15,337 nt of DNA from a virus (Duplodnaviria; Heunggongvirae; Uroviricota; Caudoviricetes). Shown here in pieces: positions 13,830 to 15,337 of this stretch. The number at the start of each line of letters is the position of its first letter. The first letter of the stretch is position 1. The notes under the pieces were generated by a model. That model made no database searches. It saw only the letters and a list, made by a program, of their open reading frames with translations, and was not told the DNA's origin. The DNA lies in the IMG/VR virus record IMGVR_UViG_2534681673_000006, positions 1-15,337 of that record; one strand, 5' to 3'. A program made the position numbers and the translations under genes.

Positions 13830-14018
13830 TTAGTGAACTGCCTTGCAGCTATCCTTCCAGGCCAAAACCTCAGATAAAGACCAGCCAACAGAACGCCCGC
13901 CAAGTTTACGACGTGATGGGAATTGTCCGGCCTTTTCCAGGCGGTAGCGGCATGAGCGGCTAAGGCCTGTTAGCTTTTCGCATTCTTTTTCACGTATAAA
14001 CCGATCAGTGCTTAACAC
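13830..14018 (-). CDS. alpA: AlpA-family transcriptional regulator / excisionase-like HTH protein
   Basis: 62 aa; RFIREKECEKLTGLSRSCRYRLEKAGQFPSRRKLGGRSVGWSLSEVLAWK matches the AlpA/Xis-type HTH pattern. Apparent GTG start with GGGGG SD. Adjacent to integrase. Confidence 0.75.
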   Translation of the reverse strand: MLSTDRFIREKECEKLTGLSRSCRYRLEKAGQFPSRRKLGGRSVGWSLSEVLAWKDSCKAVH

Positions 14019-14179
14019 TATTGCCCCCTTTCGTTTCTTAAAGAGTTATTTCGTGTTCTATTGCGTTGGGATGTGTCTGATTGTGTCAGGATGATTCAGA
14101 GTTGGCAAATGTTGGTGTCGCATGGTTTACAGAAAGAGGAATAATCAGGATAAAATCATTTAAATTCATGTTAATACAA

Positions 14180-14209
14180 AGGCATAAAATCTTGTTTTAT
14201 GCCTTTTTT
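14180..14209. terminator. Rho-independent terminator between int and alpA, possibly bidirectional
   Basis: Stem ggcataaaa/ttttatgcc (9 bp perfect), loop tcttg. TTTTTT follows on the plus strand; the interrupted run UUUGUAUU follows on the minus strand. Confidence 0.55.
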
Positions 14210-14308
14210 CGCACGCTTTAACGCGTAATTCACTAATGTATAAAAAACCAGCTGAGCATTAAAAATCAGTAACTTACAAATCTGTATTCTTTTTGGCCTC
14301 TTGTTCGT

Positions 14309-14375
14309 GATTGTGTCACGTTGTTGCACATTGTTTCACGTTGTATCTGTGCACTTATCCAGTATGCGCATACTG
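14309..14375. promoter_or_regulatory. Four 10-bp phased repeats (consensus nnCACGTTGT) followed by perfect 16-bp palindrome CAGTATGCGCATACTG
   Basis: tcgtgattgt gtcacgttgt tgcacattgt ttcacgttgt at 14309-14352; palindrome at 14360-14375. The 10-mer gattgtgtca recurs at 14079-14088 in the alpA promoter-proximal region. Confidence 0.5.
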
Positions 14376-14392
14376 AAAAAACACGAAAAAAA

Positions 14393-15337
14393 TTATTTTA
14401 TTCTGGTTACTGGTAGCGTGGTTACGTTTTCATGTGTTCCCGCCAGTATCTCCAACCGCTCCACCCACATATCAAGCGCATTGCGTTTCGCATCAATATA
14501 GCGGGAATGGTTGTACACGCGTTGCATTCCTGGCATCTGGTGGCCTGTAAGCTGCTCCACGACGTGAGGATCAACGCCTAAATCGTTCAGCATGGTTGTA
14601 AAGGTGCGCCGGATGTCATGCAATGACCATTGAGGGTGTTTTAGCCTCCTGTGCGCTAATCTGCCGTACTGCGATACGCTAGCCTCCTGTTTCACTTCCC
14701 CCAGTAATAAGCCCGTGTGCCTGTTCTGGTCCACCAGCCGCGTGACGAACGGCAGGATCGCTTCCGGTATGGGCCGGAATATTGCAACCTTCGTTTTGCT
14801 GTGCTCCTTCGGAACGGTCCATAGCATTTCGGTAAAATCCCACTCGCTGATCTCCGATAACCTCAGTTCTACCGTCCTGGCTCCGAAGACAATCAGGAGG
14901 CGGATTAACGCGACGTAGTAAGGAGAAAATATTTTTTTATCCAGCGCCTGCAATAACTCGCCCAGTTCTTTGGTGCTTAAGACACGTTCGCTTATATCCG
15001 GTTTTTTCCCAACGTCCGCCACGTTCAGATCATCGAGAACGTTGCTGATTGCAAAGCGCCGCCTCCGGCAGAACTTAAGCGCCTGCTTGCATGTCTGTAG
15101 CACGAATCCGGCAGTAACAGGTGTTCGCTTTGCCACCTGGTCAAAACAGGCCAGCCAGTGCCGTAGCTCGCATTTATCCAGCGGCATAGCGCCAATGTAC
15201 TGTATTACGTGATTATTAAGTCGCCTTTTCAGGGCGATATAATCCACGCGGTTTTCCTTTACGTACGACTCAAGCCAGTAGGTGAGCGCATCGCCAACCG
15301 TTACCGGCTTTAACGCTTCCTGTACGGCGTAATTCAT
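14393..15337 (-). CDS. int: Tyrosine site-specific integrase (phage integrase family)
   Basis: 314 aa; core-binding-like N-terminus and catalytic C-terminus with R...HDIRRTF...GHQMPGMQRVYNHSRY (R-H-R-Y signature). ATG sits at the last three bases of the window, so any N-terminal extension cannot be assessed. Confidence 0.85.
   Translation of the reverse strand: MNYAVQEALKPVTVGDALTYWLESYVKENRVDYIALKRRLNNHVIQYIGAMPLDKCELRHWLACFDQVAKRTPVTAGFVLQTCKQALKFCRRRRFAISNVLDDLNVADVGKKPDISERVLSTKELGELLQALDKKIFSPYYVALIRLLIVFGARTVELRLSEISEWDFTEMLWTVPKEHSKTKVAIFRPIPEAILPFVTRLVDQNRHTGLLLGEVKQEASVSQYGRLAHRRLKHPQWSLHDIRRTFTTMLNDLGVDPHVVEQLTGHQMPGMQRVYNHSRYIDAKRNALDMWVERLEILAGTHENVTTLPVTRIK

Larger units (their letters stand above)
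139..15337. mobile_element. Integrated phage satellite of capsid-forming PICI type (cfPICI-like); left junction near 139, right boundary beyond the window
   Basis: Gene content: integrase and AlpA at one end, replication ATPase, iterons and SSB in the middle, full HK97-type head/packaging module (MCP, protease, portal, closure, connector, HNH, TerS, TerL) at the other end. No tail or lysis genes. Host gene fragment at 1..165. Confidence 0.7.

Noticed and set aside
14360-14375. 16-bp palindrome CAGTATGCGCATACTG as an int terminator
   Set aside because: The A/T tract precedes the hairpin on the int-coding strand rather than following it, so it does not have intrinsic-terminator geometry; more likely a protein-binding site.
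14019-14392. tRNA or tmRNA gene next to the integrase as integration target
   Set aside because: No cloverleaf-compatible sequence or conserved T-loop (GTTCRANYC) was found between int and alpA or near the left junction; the target appears to be the tqsA-like coding sequence instead.

Overview
Almost the whole window (about 140 to 15337) is one integrated mobile element that reads as a capsid-forming phage satellite (cfPICI-like island); no known defence system was recognised. All calls rest on reading the translated ORFs and the DNA by eye, with no database search. The left edge is the first ~46 codons of a tqsA-like membrane-protein gene that then diverges into a short out-of-frame tail. 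The right edge is a tyrosine integrase followed by an AlpA-type regulator. On the minus strand, in transcription order, the element carries: integrase; AlpA; a divergent switch region; an early operon of tightly coupled small genes ending in an AAA_25/RepA-like ATPase, an iteron array, SSB and a small PerC-like candidate regulator; then a complete HK97-type head and packaging module (capsid, prohead protease, portal, head closure, gp6-like connector, HNH endonuclease, P27-family TerS, TerL). No tail, lysis or tRNA genes and no CRISPR array are present. The most unusual content is (i) a tandemly duplicated, diverged cassette of ribbon-helix-helix protein plus small partner protein on the plus strand, each with its own palindromic operator, and (ii) a strong intrinsic terminator whose U-tract directly abuts the capsid start codon, suggesting antitermination-dependent head-gene expression. 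Helically phased 10-bp repeats recur at four loci and may be binding sites for one element-encoded regulator.
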